From the human T2T-CHM13v2.0 reference genome, Homo sapiens, in NCBI RefSeq assembly GCF_009914755.1, contig NC_060943.1: a DNA stretch of 64,000 nucleotides. One strand, written 5' to 3'. Made by a program: the position numbers and the translations under genes. Each line of letters opens with the position of its first letter. Within the stretch, counting starts at the first letter, position 1. Below are positions 13,241 through 40,138 of this stretch, piece by piece. The notes beneath the pieces are model-generated. The model ran no database searches. It was not told the DNA's origin and saw only the letters and a list, made by a program, of their open reading frames with translations.

Positions 13241-14453
13241 ATTAGGGAGACATTAGGAAAAGAATGATGGACTGCAGAAAAGAAAAATATAATACAAGCA
13301 AAATTTAAATAAAACAGTAGAATTAACACATACAAACCATTATTTCCTTTATACCTAAGGAATAAAAGATAGGAGGGAAAATCCAAATATAATGACAAGG
13401 GGGAAATGACCATCAATAAAGAAATAAAGAATGTTAAAAAAATCATACAACTGTGCTAATATATTTCAAATGTACATGAAATGATGAATCTTCCTGAAAA
13501 TAAAATTTATCAAAAGTGACACCAGCTAGACTTACTGGCTGGCTTCTAGCAAACAGAATATGAAAAGGGAAAAATAATAACTTTACAGTGAAGAAAAATG
13601 ACGGACATCACCTTAAACAAATTTATAAGGTTAATACCTCAGCAATAAATCATGCTGATATCATGTATTTCTGATACGATATGATGAGAAAGCTACTTCT
13701 CTGGTATTCTTCCCCAAAGCCGATAATCCCAGTTTAATCATAAAAAATTCAACAAACCCAAATTGTCCGGCACTTTTCAAAATACCTGACTAGTACTCTT
13801 CAAAAAGTATCAAGGCCAGAAAGGACAAGGAAAGACAAAGAAACTGTCACAGGTAGGAGGAAACTAAAACACATGATGGCTAAATGCAATGTGATATCCT
13901 GGATTGAATCACGGAATAGAAAAAAGGACAGTGGAAAAACTGGTACACTGAATAAAATCTATAGTTTTGCTAATAGTTTGCCTATAGTTTTGTTAACAAT
14001 GTTAACTTGCTAGTTTGCATAAATGTACCATGATTATGTAAGATGTTATCATTATAGGAACCTGTGGTACCACATTTGTAACTTGTCTATAACTCTAAAA
14101 TTATTTCAAAATGAAAGTAAAACAATAACAACAAATAGACTCCAGAAGAGATGGAAAATCTAAACAGACCAATTTCCATGAAAAAAATAGAAAAAAAATT
14201 TAAAATATTTTTCCCCACAAACAGCTGGTCACAATTAGTTAGCTCCCTGTTGGCCAGGCTTCGGTCTCTATATACTATTTCCCATTAATGTGAACTAGGG
14301 TGCCTTGGAGAAATAGCTAATTCCTAGTTCAGGGAGGGAAGATACAAGGCGAATCTGGAACCTCTTGTACTAAAATGCAAAGAAGCTTTTAAAGATAACA
14401 GAAAATAACTTGTGCTTTTAGTTATGAAACATTAAGAGGGATCAGATTTCCCC

Positions 14454-15627
<1,174 letters not shown>

Positions 15628-16888
15628 CTACAACTACTTTTCCCCTGAAAAAACTCCCTGATTCTAAGTACAGCAGGAGTTAAAAGAACAGCGTTTACAA
15701 AGAGGTAGCTGAGCATTATCAAACTGAAAACCAGCAGTGACCCATTTAATTCCTGGTTGTATTACTGTCATCAGCCTGCATTCTATCAGACTAACAGAGG
15801 AAAACATAAATACCCTCTGGTGGAAGATAGCATCATCTGAAACCTCTTCAGTTATTTTATATGCAATGCCCAGCATACAATCACAACTACTAGTAACTTG
15901 AAGATGCATTAACAAATGACAAATAACAAGATTAAAAGAAAGAAACAATAAAGAAGCAGACCCCCAGATGATACAAAAAATGAGGCATAAAAGAATTAAA
16001 AAATTAACTATGATTAAAATGTTCCAAGAAAACAGATGAAAATTTAGTAATAAAAGGAAAGCAAATAAAAGAATGAAGATTTCAACAAGTATTTGGAAGT
16101 TATAAAAGAGAATTAAATTGAATTTCTGGAACTGAAAAAGACAATATCTGACATGAAAAACCCCTCTTTAGAAAACAGAATAAGTGAGCTGGAATACAGG
16201 TCAACAGGAAACATTCAAACTCCATCATATGAAAAATAGAGGGGAAAGAGAGGAGAAAAGCAGATAAGGACATGAAAAAGTTGTGGGATATGCTCAAAAG
16301 GTCTAACATAGGTGTAATTAAAGTCCCAGATGGGAGGAGAGAATGGTCACCTATCTTCCAAAAACTGAACAAAGACTGCCCCTTCTGCATGGAATCTATC
16401 AGATCACTGGAAGCCAACAGGCCAACTGCTAGAACTACAAAAATAACAGTAAAAAAGAGAATAATCTTAATTCATTCTACTACTATAAAAATTATGGAGG
16501 CTCTTTTGTGGTAAAGAGAAAACCATGGTTTTTTATGTAGGAAGATTAGCAATTAAAGTATTTACAGACATTCTGAACACACATATAATTTAAAATTTGT
16601 TTTTGCTGATAGTGTCTTTGCAGAAAAATACCAGAATTCAAACCTCTAGTCATTTAGAAAAAGAAGTAATTATAGGACAGGGCAGAGGCAGGCATAAAGG
16701 CAAGTGAAGAATAGTGAAGATTCAGGTGCTGAATGGGGGTGCCCATTCCACCTAACAAACTTCAAATATGCCCATTTCCACCTAACAAACTTTGAGAATA
16801 TGGAGCAGAAATGTAGCTGGTTTCTTGGCATAGACCATAAAATATACAACAGAGAAGGCTGATATTCTAGAGAGCATATTGTACATCA

Positions 16889-17056
<168 letters not shown>

Positions 17057-17429
17057 TTATTTGTAAAAGTAAAGAAGACTTTTCAAGATGGAACATTAAA
17101 TTGCAATAAAGGGGCAATATGTAAAAAGAAGTAGTCTAGAGTTACAAGATGATGACATGGTTAGATAAGAGTAAATAAATTAGCATGTCTTAAGTAGAGT
17201 GCCCACACAATCTTAAGGAATCCTGTTGGAGCACACAAAATTTTCTTAGTAATATTAGAGAAAAATCCAAATATATAAAAATAAATGAAGTCACCAAACT
17301 TTCCAAATTAAATAGTATATATAAGCACAATACCTTCTACGTACCTAAGCCATATAATATTAATAAATACAAGTTGTTACAGCTTTTCTCTTCGAGGAAT
17401 ATGAAAAACCATGAATTGATAACTACCCC

Positions 17430-19530
<2,101 letters not shown>

Positions 19531-19541
19531 AATGAAAAAAT

Positions 19542-20015
<474 letters not shown>

Positions 20016-20853
20016 TCAAGTGACAAGCACCCTCTTATTAGATTCATCTTTCTTAAGGTATTAAGGCACTATTATTAAAAATAATATTATTGTATAAAGA
20101 ATTATACTAATATGGCATGTATGTTGGACACAAATTCCAACCTCTTCCCCATAGTTCAATATCATCTACCACATATCATTCTAGTTGATTTTCCTTTCTA
20201 CAACTCTTTATAGATCTGTTCCTGAGTTGGAACACAGTAATGCAGAATGATCCAGAACAACCTTGATTCCCTCAGGACTGTCAATTTCTCTTCCACTACA
20301 AAATGGGACCCTGGAATTGTTTTCATTTCTCAGTGATCCCTTAGCTAGATCCCTAATCTCTCTCTAGGTAAGTGATAATCCCATCTTCACTCAAACCTAA
20401 ATGCGTTTCAAAGTTGAGATCTCATCTCAAACAGACTGAGACCACTCATAACCAAGTTTTCCCTTATCTAACTGTGGAGATAAGGGAGCTGTGGAGAAAG
20501 TTTCCACTCCTGTAGTCAAATAGGACCATTGTTCCTATGCCACGAAACCATGAACCTGACAACGGCAGCTCAACTATTTCAAGGTACTTCACTCTTTCAC
20601 TGCTCTAACACTGCTCTTGAGAGAAGACTGAACACACAGAAGATGGATGAATTATTTGAAAATAAGTGAAAATCAGTTCAAAAAAGGAGGGCAAATGAGG
20701 AGGACATCATCCATCACTGGAATGGGAGGAATGTGAAATAGGTTCCAAGAGAGAGCTTTCTGAGATAGGAGGTTTCAGGATTAAAAAAATGAAAATATTA
20801 CATGAATTAAAAAATCACAATAAGTCAGAAAAGCAAAAGAGACATCAACTCAC

Positions 20854-20862
20854 CCGGGCCAT
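20854..20862 (-). CDS. ZNF404: ZNF404 start-codon exon (ATG GCC CGG = MAR); whole exon probably 20854-20949
   Basis: accATGGCCCGG|gtgagt has a good Kozak context and a phase-0 donor. Upstream acceptor tcttttggcag| at 20949. Confidence 0.85.
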
Positions 20863-21370
20863 GGTTTCAGAAATGCTAGTTCTCTTCAGGTTTCCTCTAT
20901 CAGAGAAGCAGAGTTCAGAGAAGCCAAAGCTAGGTAATCAAGGCATCACCTGCCAAAAGATACGTAACTTTACTAAAGAGATGTTTCTAAACAATAAGAT
21001 ACTGTCATTTTACAGGTATTTAGTTGTCACATTTAAAAGGTTGATGATGTACCACATATTAGTGAGGCTGTAGGGCAAAGTGCATTCTCATGGTGTCCTG
21101 TAGACTTGTGAAAATCAAGGGCATTAATACAGGTAAGCAAATCTCTGCATAAGAACTTAACCACGAAAGGCCATTTCTGAGACTCTGTCCAAAAGAAATA
21201 ATTATAAAATGTGCTCGAAGATGTATAAAAGAATGTGATGATACATATTAGTTGTAATGAAAAAAGCTGGAGAAAAATCTAAAGAGACATAGACAGGTAG
21301 TTAATTAAATAAATGACTGTGTATTCACATAATGGAAAATAAGGTAGATATTAAAAACTATTGTGTAGAT

Positions 21371-21585
21371 CACTGGTTCTGAACAGGCAGTGAATCTGTT
21401 CTTAAGAGAACGTTTGGCAATGTCTGGAGACACATTTGGTTGTCATAATGTAGGCAGAGGTGTTAAGGTATCTAGTGGAAAGAGACCAGGTTTGCTGCTA
21501 AACAATGTGTGATGCACAGGAAAGTCCCTAAAACAAAGAATTAGCTAGCCAAATATGTCAATAGTGTCAAGGGTGAAAAACCCTG
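21371..21585. mobile_element. MER20
   Basis: tttggcaatgtctggagacacatttggttgtca...gtcaatagtgtcaagggtgaaaaaccctg. Confidence 0.8.
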
Positions 21586-21589
21586 AAGT

Positions 21590-29570
<7,981 letters not shown>

Positions 29571-30334
29571 TTTTGTTTTAACTTTTAATTTCCACTTATT
29601 TTAGACTTAGAGAAAAGTTGCAAGAGTAGTACAGAGGGTTCTCATATACCCTTCATTCTAGCGTTTATCTTACATAACCAAAGGATAATTATCAAAACCA
29701 GGAAATTAACATTGGTACAATACGAAAAATTTGCACATCTTATTCAAATATGTTTTCCCATTAATGTCCTTTTTCTTTTCCAGGATCCCACACATTAATC
29801 TACGTTGCATTTAGCTGTTATTTCTCTTTAGTCTCTTCCGATCTCCTTAGACTTTCTTACTGCATTAATTTTCAGTTGCTACCATAACCAATTACCACGA
29901 ATTTAGCTTAAAACAACATAAATATATAAAATCTCACAGTTTCCATGGACCTGGAGTTTAGCTGGGTGCTGTCCTCAGGCTGGTCTCACAGGCTGCAAAC
30001 GAGGGGTTACCTGGGCTGTGTTCTCCTCTGGAGTTCAACTGGGGGAGAATTCATTTCCAGGTTCATTCAGATTGTAGGGAGAATTCATTTCCCTGTGGCC
30101 ATACGACTGAGGGCCTCACCTTTTTGCTGACTGTTGGCTGGAGGTTGCCCTCAGGTTCTGCAGGCCACCTGCAGTTCCTTTGCAAGATGGGCTTCTCCAA
30201 CATTGCCACTTACTTCATCAAGCCCACAAAAGAAGTCCAATCTGCTATGAGTCTTATATGGTATAACATAATCACAGTAGAGACATCTCGTCACTTTTTT
30301 TTTTCATATGATAGGTTTATTTTTATTATTTTAA

Positions 30335-30733
<399 letters not shown>

Positions 30734-30934
30734 CCACTTACCTACTTTCTTTTTATAATAGTCATCCTAACAGGTATTGTGGTAACATCTCATTGTGGTT
30801 TCATTTGCATTTGTCTGATGTGCTTTTCAGGTACCACTTAACCATTTGCGTGTCATCTTTGGAAAAAAGTCTATTCAAGTCCTTGCCCATTTTTAAATTG
30901 GATTATTGGTTTCTTTTTCTTCAAAATTAATTAA

Positions 30935-31511
30935 TTCATTTTTATTTTACTTTAAGTTCTGGGATACATGTGCAGATGTGTAGGTTTTTTACATAGGTAT
31001 ATATGTGTCATGGTGGTTTGCTGTACCTATCAATCTGACATTTAGGTTTTAAGCCCCACATGCATTAGGTAATTTGTCCAGTGCTCTCCCTCCCCTTGCC
31101 CCCCAACTCCCCGACAGGCTCCAGTGTGTGTTGTTCCTTTCCCTGTGCCATGTGTTCTCATTGTTCAACCCCCACTTATGAGTGAGAACATGTGGTGCTT
31201 GGTTTTCAGTTTCTGCATTAGTTTGCTGAGAATGATGGCTTCCAGCTTCATCCATGTCCTTGCAGAGGACATGATTTCATTCTTTTTTATGGTTGCATAG
31301 TATTCCATGGTGTATATGTGCCATATTTTCTTTATCCAGTCTATCACTGATGGGCATTTGGGTTGGTTCCAAGTCTGCAATTGTAAATAGTGCTGCAATA
31401 AACATACGTGTACATGTGTCTTTATAGTAGAATGATTTAGAATCCTTTGGGTATATACCCAGTAATGGGAGATTCCTCAAGGAGCTAGAACCAGAAATAC
31501 CATTTGACCCA
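30935..31511 (-). mobile_element. Older L1PA 3' end with a 41-bp inverted 5' segment (31471-31511)
   Basis: L1PA 3'UTR/ORF2 end on the minus strand. gattcctcaaggagctagaaccagaaataccatttgaccca is the adjacent L1 sequence in opposite orientation. Confidence 0.85.
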
Positions 31512-32049
31512 TGACTTTTGCCATATAAATTAACCTAATGAGAGGAGTGACATTTCCTGACCTTTGCCATTTTCCACTGATTAGAAGCAAGTCACCACCT
31601 CTGCTCATACTCCAGGGGAGGGGACTAAACAAGGCTGTGGACTCCAGGAGGTGGGAATCATGGGGCCACCTAACATCTGCCTGTCATACCTATCTTCATG
31701 TCCTTTCAATTTGGAAGAGTACCAATAATTTATTCTGTCAAATTTCCCCCCGCTGGGTTTGTATGATGTGTTTTTATAACTGAAATGAGGCATGTATTCT
31801 TGGCAGTGGCACAGTAATGATGCTGTGTCTTTCACATTGCATCATCATGTCCAAGGGTGCATGATATCAATGTTTTATTACTGGTGACATTAACCTTCAT
31901 CACTTGGTTAAAGTGTTTTCTCCTGTGTTTTCCTTCTGTACATTACTACCTTCCCATTTGTAGTTAATAAACATCTTGGGAGGGTAATACTTTAACACTA
32001 TGCAAATCCTCTTTCTCCTCAAACTTTCACCCACTAACTTTAGCATCTC

Positions 32050-32258
32050 TTATCTTGGTGTCCAATGTGAGGATACACTGCAGCTCCCCTATGTACATAA
32101 GTTCTGCTAATAAACACTTTGAATTGGTCACCCTGGTATTGCTGTTTCTTTCTTTGGAATCCCAACAGCCCCATCCTGGGATGGTTTGGGGCAGTCCCTT
32201 TAGGGAACTCCCCTGCCACTGCTTTTGGGGTGACTCCAGCTGAGTGTTCAGCAGGACA
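32050..32258 (+). mobile_element. ERV LTR 3' fragment, family unassigned
   Basis: aataaa followed by a U5-like GC-richer segment. Confidence 0.45.
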
Positions 32259-32696
32259 AAATAAGGTTGTTTCTGGTATTTGACTACTATGAATAAAACT
32301 TCTATGAACACCCTTTACAAGTCTTTGTGTGGACATATATTCTTGTTTTTCTTGGGTATATACCTAAGGGAGGATGTGGTTTACCTAGTTTATCAGACTG
32401 CAATGTATATAAGGTCCAGTTGCTCCTCAAACTTGCCAATACTTCGTGTTGTCAGACATTTTAACTTTAGCTATTCTGGTGCATGTGTAGTGGTATCTCA
32501 TTGTGATTTTTATTTACATTTTCCTGATAATGATGGGAACACCTTTTCATATGATATTATCTATTTTGATATACTATTGGGTCATTCAACTCTTTTCCCC
32601 ATTTTTTAATTTGATTTGTCATTTTCCTATTGATTTCTAGGAATTTATAAATGTATTTTGAACACAAGTCTTTTGTGTGTGTATACAGACATAAAA

Positions 32697-32820
32697 AGGA
32701 GGGTGGAGGAGGAGAGGGAGGGAGGGAGGAAGGGAAGGGAGGGAGGGAGAGGGAGAGGGAGAGGGAAGGGAGAGGGAGAGGGAGAGGGAGAGGGAGAGAC
32801 AGAGAGAGAGAGAGAGGAAA
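32697..32820 (+). repeat. Polypurine (GGGAGA)n/(GA)n tract
   Basis: Seen directly; almost all purine. Confidence 0.95.
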
Positions 32821-33744
32821 GAGTTGCCTGTGTCTTCTTATTCACTTTCTTAATCATGTCTTATTATAAATAGATGTTCTTAATTTTAATGAAGGCCCAT
32901 CTACTTAGGTATGTCCACAATAAATGGGCTGGGTTATGAAATTTATAAGAGGGCTTAAGAAATTTGGCTCAGGATCACAGCTAGCTTCTGTGTGTTGTGC
33001 AACACATTCTGATCTTCCAGTGTTTCAGGCCATAACCTACACAACTTCACTAGTGCCTGGGAATGTTCAAGGCCTTGGCTTGGGTTCAAACCTGCAGGGA
33101 AAACATGCAGCTGAACAGGTCACAGAGAGATCAAGGCGCTCTGTGAAACATAGAGAGCGAGGGAAACTTGGGGAACCTACAAACCTATCATCATGAGAAT
33201 GAATAAAAAATTGTGGTGTGGTCATATAAAGGAAGATTATATAACAATTGAAAAAAAGCCCTGTTGATTTCCAAAACAACATGGGTGAATTCCAGAAGTA
33301 CCAGTTTGGATGAAAAAAGAGAGATACAAGAGATTCCATTTATATGAAGTTCAAGAACACGCAAATCTTATCTTGAGTGACAGGAGTCAGAATAGCACTT
33401 ACTCCTTACGGGAGAACAGTGGATTCTAACTAGGACAGGACACAGAAAAATCCTCTAAAGCAGGGCACAGAAATCTTCTGTGTCTTCATCTGGCTGGTGA
33501 GTACACTGATCCTTTCAAATACAAAAATTCATTGGATTATATATATAGCTAAGATGTGGGCACCTTATTGTATATGATACATGCTTCAATAAAAAGTGAT
33601 GACAGAACTTTATTTGATGATAATGAGTAAAAATATTACATTACAAACTGTTATTCTGTTATGGTGGGTAAAATAACACATATGAATATATGCATATGCC
33701 TTGAGGGATGGAGATATACATATATATATTGTGTGTGTGTGTGT

Positions 33745-34030
33745 GAGACAGGGACTCACTCTGTCACTCAGCCTGGAATGTGGTGGTGCAAACACGGATC
33801 ACTGCAGCCTCGACCTCCTGGGTTCAAGCTATGCTCCCGTCTCAGGTGGTGGCATGGACCTGTAGCTGGGACTACAGGTGCATACTACCAGACCCGGCTA
33901 ATTTATTTTTAGTAAAGATGAGCTCTCATTATGTTGCCCAGGCTGGTCGCACACTCCTGGGCTCAAGTGATCCTTCTGCCTCGGCCTCCCAAAGTGCTGA
34001 GATTACAGGCATGAGCCACCGTACCCAACC
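33745..34030 (-). mobile_element. AluJ with TG/TA microsatellite tail
   Basis: Alu consensus. Confidence 0.85.
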
Positions 34031-35129
34031 AAAAAGATCTGGAGTAAAATGTTTACAGTTGTTGTTTCCTCACTTTGGGTTTTTCTGTATTTTCTGAACT
34101 ACTATATGAGAATGTATTACTTTTATAGTAAAAAATGATAATAGAGCTAATCAATCTAATATTAGAGAATGTAATAAAATAAGTTATGAATACAGTGATA
34201 TTTGGAGTACGGTGAGGAGGCCTTGTTTTCTCCCAAGTCCTAAAGTCTTTGAGTTGTCTCAAATTAGAATATCAAGGCTCTGAGTTTTGAATACTGATAT
34301 ACAACAGTTTTCCTTTTACTGGTTTTCCCTAAGTCACTTGGATAAATCCTCTTGTCACTACACTCTCCACCTATGAGGACTGGACTCCCTGCTCCAGTTC
34401 AGGAATTGCACCTACCTTAGAAATAAGCCATTTTGGTTAAAAAATCAATTGTTTCCAACATGCAGGAAATATCTGCATATGAAAAAAGAAATGGGACTTT
34501 GGCATGCTGAGGCTTTTGAAAAATTCCAGTACAATCCTGTGGCAGAGAGGTTCCATACAAGAAAGGCCAAATGAAAGCCACCCGAGGGACCAAGAAAATG
34601 ATGCTTCAAGGAAAACAGAATGGAATGATCAATGAATCTCAAAGAAATCCTTCATAAATTCAAACACTCCAGGGCCTCTCTAGAGGGTCACATTAAGGGA
34701 TAAAAAAGCTCTAGAAATCATATTTTGAATTTAAAGAGTTGATCATAAAGAGTCTGCTCCTGTAGCTTTTCAGTATCACAATCATTTACAAGTCCGTCTG
34801 AAATAGTGCAGTGATCAGTGCTCCACACAGTAGAGGATGCTGCCACGTTCTCAGATGTTACTATCTCTGAAATTATAAAGACTGAAGTTCCCATGTGGCC
34901 CAGAGGAATAGAAAGAAGTGAGCTGATCACTCTATGAAAGGAGAACAGCATGTAGAAGCAGGCATTCTCACCATTCTGAGCTCAGCAACAGCTGATTAAT
35001 TAAATATGTAACAGGGCATCCATATAATGAAATATTAAGCAACCATTTAATGCTAAGTTTAGGAAGCTGTTTAAGGGAATAAAAACATTCAAGTTACATT
35101 GTCAGTGAAGAAAATTAGGTTACAACTTT

Positions 35130-36347
<1,218 letters not shown>

Positions 36348-36727
36348 TTATCAATATATAGAGAAAAACGGACAGACATCAATAAATTGAAAAAAGTATG
36401 GAAAACATAAACCCATATATTAACTTACTTAATATTTGTTTTATAGTCCTGGGTTTCTGCCTATTCCTAAAAGTATATTTCATAAAATTAAAACTTTTTT
36501 TAAAAAGGCAACTATCTTACTTATTCCTATTTTGATTTATTCTTCCTTACTGGGATACCAAGTCATTTGAGGATAGCAACTATATCTTTTTGTCTTGAGA
36601 CACAGTTAGATAGATTTTTGAATTTTTAACAGAGCAATCTTTTCTCTGAACAAGTGGGAAAAAATCCTCCCTGCCTTACCTTTTAAATATCTTTTGATCT
36701 GGAGGAGAAAACTTAGTATACTCTAGA

Positions 36728-36892
36728 ACAAAGGTCCTCTAAATATAGTCCCTGGGAACTTGTTACCAATGCAGATTCTCTGCTCTACCTCAGACCTACC
36801 GAATTAGAAACTCTGGGGCTGGGGCCCAGCAAACTGTTTGAACAAGCCCTGCAGGTGATTCTGATGCATCCTACATTTGAGAACCAGCGCTG
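36728..36892. mobile_element. MER5A
   Basis: aatgcagattctc...gaaactctgggg...caggtgattctgatgca...tttgagaacca. Confidence 0.8.
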
Positions 36893-37767
36893 CTCTAAAA
36901 ACTGCTGCTGTGTTTTATTGAAAGCTTTTACTTTATTTTCATCAGTTCCCATTACCTGAACCCACCCTATGATTCGTTTGCCTGTAGAAATGTATGTCAA
37001 TGTAAATCGGAGACTCTGATATTTCGTATGCATTACTGGTAGTCTCAAAGCTGCTTCCTATTATACATTCCTGATAGATGGGTTTATTTTACTTCTGAAT
37101 CTATCCTCCTAATCACAGTGTCCTACAAGCAGCTGTTAAGACATCGTGTTCCATTTAATGTCACTTTGCATTTAACATCATTAGAATAAAAACTCTAAGG
37201 TATAAGATCCATTTTCTTTCACTGAGTTCTCACAGTTCGATCATATCCTGACAATGCTGCTATAGCCAGAAAGATGCCTCTTCCCTGTGAACTCCCAAGA
37301 CAGGTCATCTGAATTTCTCTAGTGGCCTTTCACATCAACTATCTTTCTTATCCCTATTCCGATTTCATTTTCCTTACTGGATACCAAGTCATTTGAGGAT
37401 AGCAACTATATCTTTTTGTCATTGTATCCTAACAAGTACAAGCACATGGTAAATATCTGATATTTGACTCAAATTTTGAAACTAGGGTTTATCCTCAGGG
37501 AATGGCTATAAAAGGAAGCAAAGATCTCTGCAAAATGGTGTTCATTATAGACTAGTTTTTAGTCAACAATTAGAAACATAATAGCTCGCAGTAGGCAAAA
37601 GGTTAAATAAATTATGAAGAGAAGGGCTTAAGGGCCTTGAAAGGAGGCTGTAATGGCATATTCACAGATACGTCACTGTTAGGCAGGACATTTCCAAAGA
37701 GAAGAAAGGGTCTCATGTCTTTAAAATTAAAGAGCATCTTACAAGTAATGAGGAAATATAAACTCAC

Positions 37768-37853
37768 CTGGACTTTAGCTTTCAGATGTGTAGCAAAAAT
37801 TCTTTCCTCTTTCAGGATCTTTTTTTTTTTTTTTTTTTAACAGAAGGGTAGCA
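37768..37853 (-). other. Candidate non-coding exon downstream of the 38.7-kb promoter
   Basis: Acceptor ccttctcttttccag|, donor CAG|gtgagt. Confidence 0.5.
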
Positions 37854-38447
37854 CTGGAAAAGAGAAGGCAATCATGAGACAGCTGGGGTTTCTTGGATAG
37901 CACAGTAACTTAGAAAATACCCTCAATGATCATACCTGCTCACCTACTTCACCGAGCACAACCAGATGGGAGTAGGAGAGAAACTGGAACAGTGTTGACC
38001 TTCCCAATACAAGAGAGGCCAAGATCAGTGATGCCTAGGGTGGAATCTGTCTCTAATTCACAGCAGGTTCCTGGGGCTGGAGCTTTAGAAATGCTATGGT
38101 TACAAACATAGAGCTGGCTCCTCGGCGCTTCCAAGGGGGAAATATCCAGGAGGGATGCCTATTCCTGAGAACTCTTTATCGAGTCTTCTCAGAGCCTGCC
38201 TTGAGGCCGCAACCAATTTCAAAAATCTCGTCTCAAGATCAAGTCTGTGTTTTCTTGCTGGGATCCTTCACGCCTCCATGAATCTGGCTTCTCTCTTTTA
38301 CCTGCTGCACATCCCAAGTGTCTGTGAGGCGATAGGGCTGAGGAATCTGCAGAGCCTAGAGCCTGGAGTCACAGTGACAATTCACACAGGTACACAACAC
38401 TGTTCATTTGTCTAACGCACACACACGTACACAACCCTGTTCATTCA

Positions 38448-38448
<1 letters not shown>

Positions 38449-38494
<46 letters not shown>
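38449..38494 (+). repeat. (CA)n microsatellite, ~23 units
   Basis: Seen directly. Confidence 0.97.
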
Positions 38495-38496
<2 letters not shown>

Positions 38497-38569
38497 CTCT
38501 CACAGGCACACAGAAACTCCTCCTCTGCTGCTCAAGCAGACAGGCCTGAAATTCTACTGAAACTCCAGG

Positions 38570-39140
38570 GATGACACGCCCCGTTCACGCCCTGGGTCTT
38601 CTGGTCTTCAGCGCCTCTCATCCTCACCGCCGGTTCCATTCCAACCAGGGACTGTGGAAGCCTCCGCTGATTTCTGTGGAGACGATCTACTCACCACGTA
38701 GGGGCTACAGCAGCTCGGACACCGGAAAAAGATCTAGAGCTCGAGGGTGACCCTAGCGCGGTGACTTCTGGGAAATGTAGTCCACCCGGAATAACCATGT
38801 CCACGGCGCCCGCCATTCTGTAGCCTATGCTCGGAGGGCACATGAGCAAGAGCTTGACCATCTGTACCGTTGGTTGACTTGCTCTATTAAGGGCTATGAT
38901 TTCAGGTCGTCCTGCGTGTTTAGAGGAGGCGAGTGGAATCTTGAGTCTCGGCTGGAGAAGGCAGAGCACGGGCATGCAGACCTCAAAGCCTCAAACCTGC
39001 GTGTGAGAGGAGAAGTTGGCGAGCTCCAGCGTATGGTCCACGGTTGGTATTCTAGGTGCGAGCTGAGGACAGGGGCTTTTGTTTTTCGCGCTCCCAGGTA
39101 GCGCCAGCACCTATAGTAGCTCCAGGAGCACAGAAGGCGT
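38570..39140. promoter_or_regulatory. CpG-enriched, probably bidirectional promoter; likely distal ZNF404 promoter, with possible plus-strand antisense transcription
   Basis: Only non-repeat CpG-rich segment in the window. ZNF143/SBS-like motif, ETS CCGGAA cores (38722, 38786), YY1-like CGCCAT (38811), and a minus-strand donor gtgagt ending an exon at 38695. Confidence 0.75.
38763..38783 (-). promoter_or_regulatory. ZNF143/SBS (ACTACA-TTCCCAG) motif
   Basis: Minus strand reads GGACTACATTTCCCAGAAGTC, the motif typical of KRAB-ZNF and bidirectional promoters. Confidence 0.8.
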
Positions 39141-39775
39141 TAAGTGTGCATTGGTTTTAGAGAAAGAATGCCTGTGCGTTTTGTGTTTTCACTCTGTGAC
39201 ATTGTGAAATTCATTGTGTGAGAACATGGATGGGGTTGTATTCCGGATTATGGTTTGTTTCTAAGTGTGTTACTTTGGACATGAAATGGTTTGTTTCAGA
39301 TTTTGAGATTATGTAAATTTTTTAAGCCCTCTCCCTTCACTCCTACTCCCACTCTGAAATTTCTCATGCCCAATTGCCATTCTCTCACTTAAAATACGAG
39401 TCTGGCTGATTTGTCCAAGGTAAATACTACTATGGCCTACTTATCCATTAGGCTGAATGGGCAAAGTACCGAGAGCCCACAGAAATGTTTTCTTTCAAAA
39501 TAAGAAAATGAATTTTAAGGTCAAAGAAACTTAATATCGTAGTCTACTGGCGAGTGTATAAATTGATATAATCACTTGGGAAAACTATTTGGCAAGATCT
39601 ATTGAATTTGAATATATGCATTTGCTATAACCTAGCAGTTCCATTCTTACCTTTAACCCAAATGTAAGTGTATACATATTCACCAAAATACATGAATGGG
39701 GATGTTTGTGGCATTGCCATTTTTATTGGAATTGCACTCAATATATGGGTACTTTTCAGGAAAATTGGTATTTTA

Positions 39776-40138
<363 letters not shown>

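Noticed and set aside
16490-16560. Degenerate KRAB-B exon of ZNF404 (aaagagcct, KEP-like)
   Set aside because: Similarity too weak and no convincing splice sites.
32645-32873. Glu/Gly/Arg-rich ORFs
   Set aside because: Translations of a simple purine repeat.
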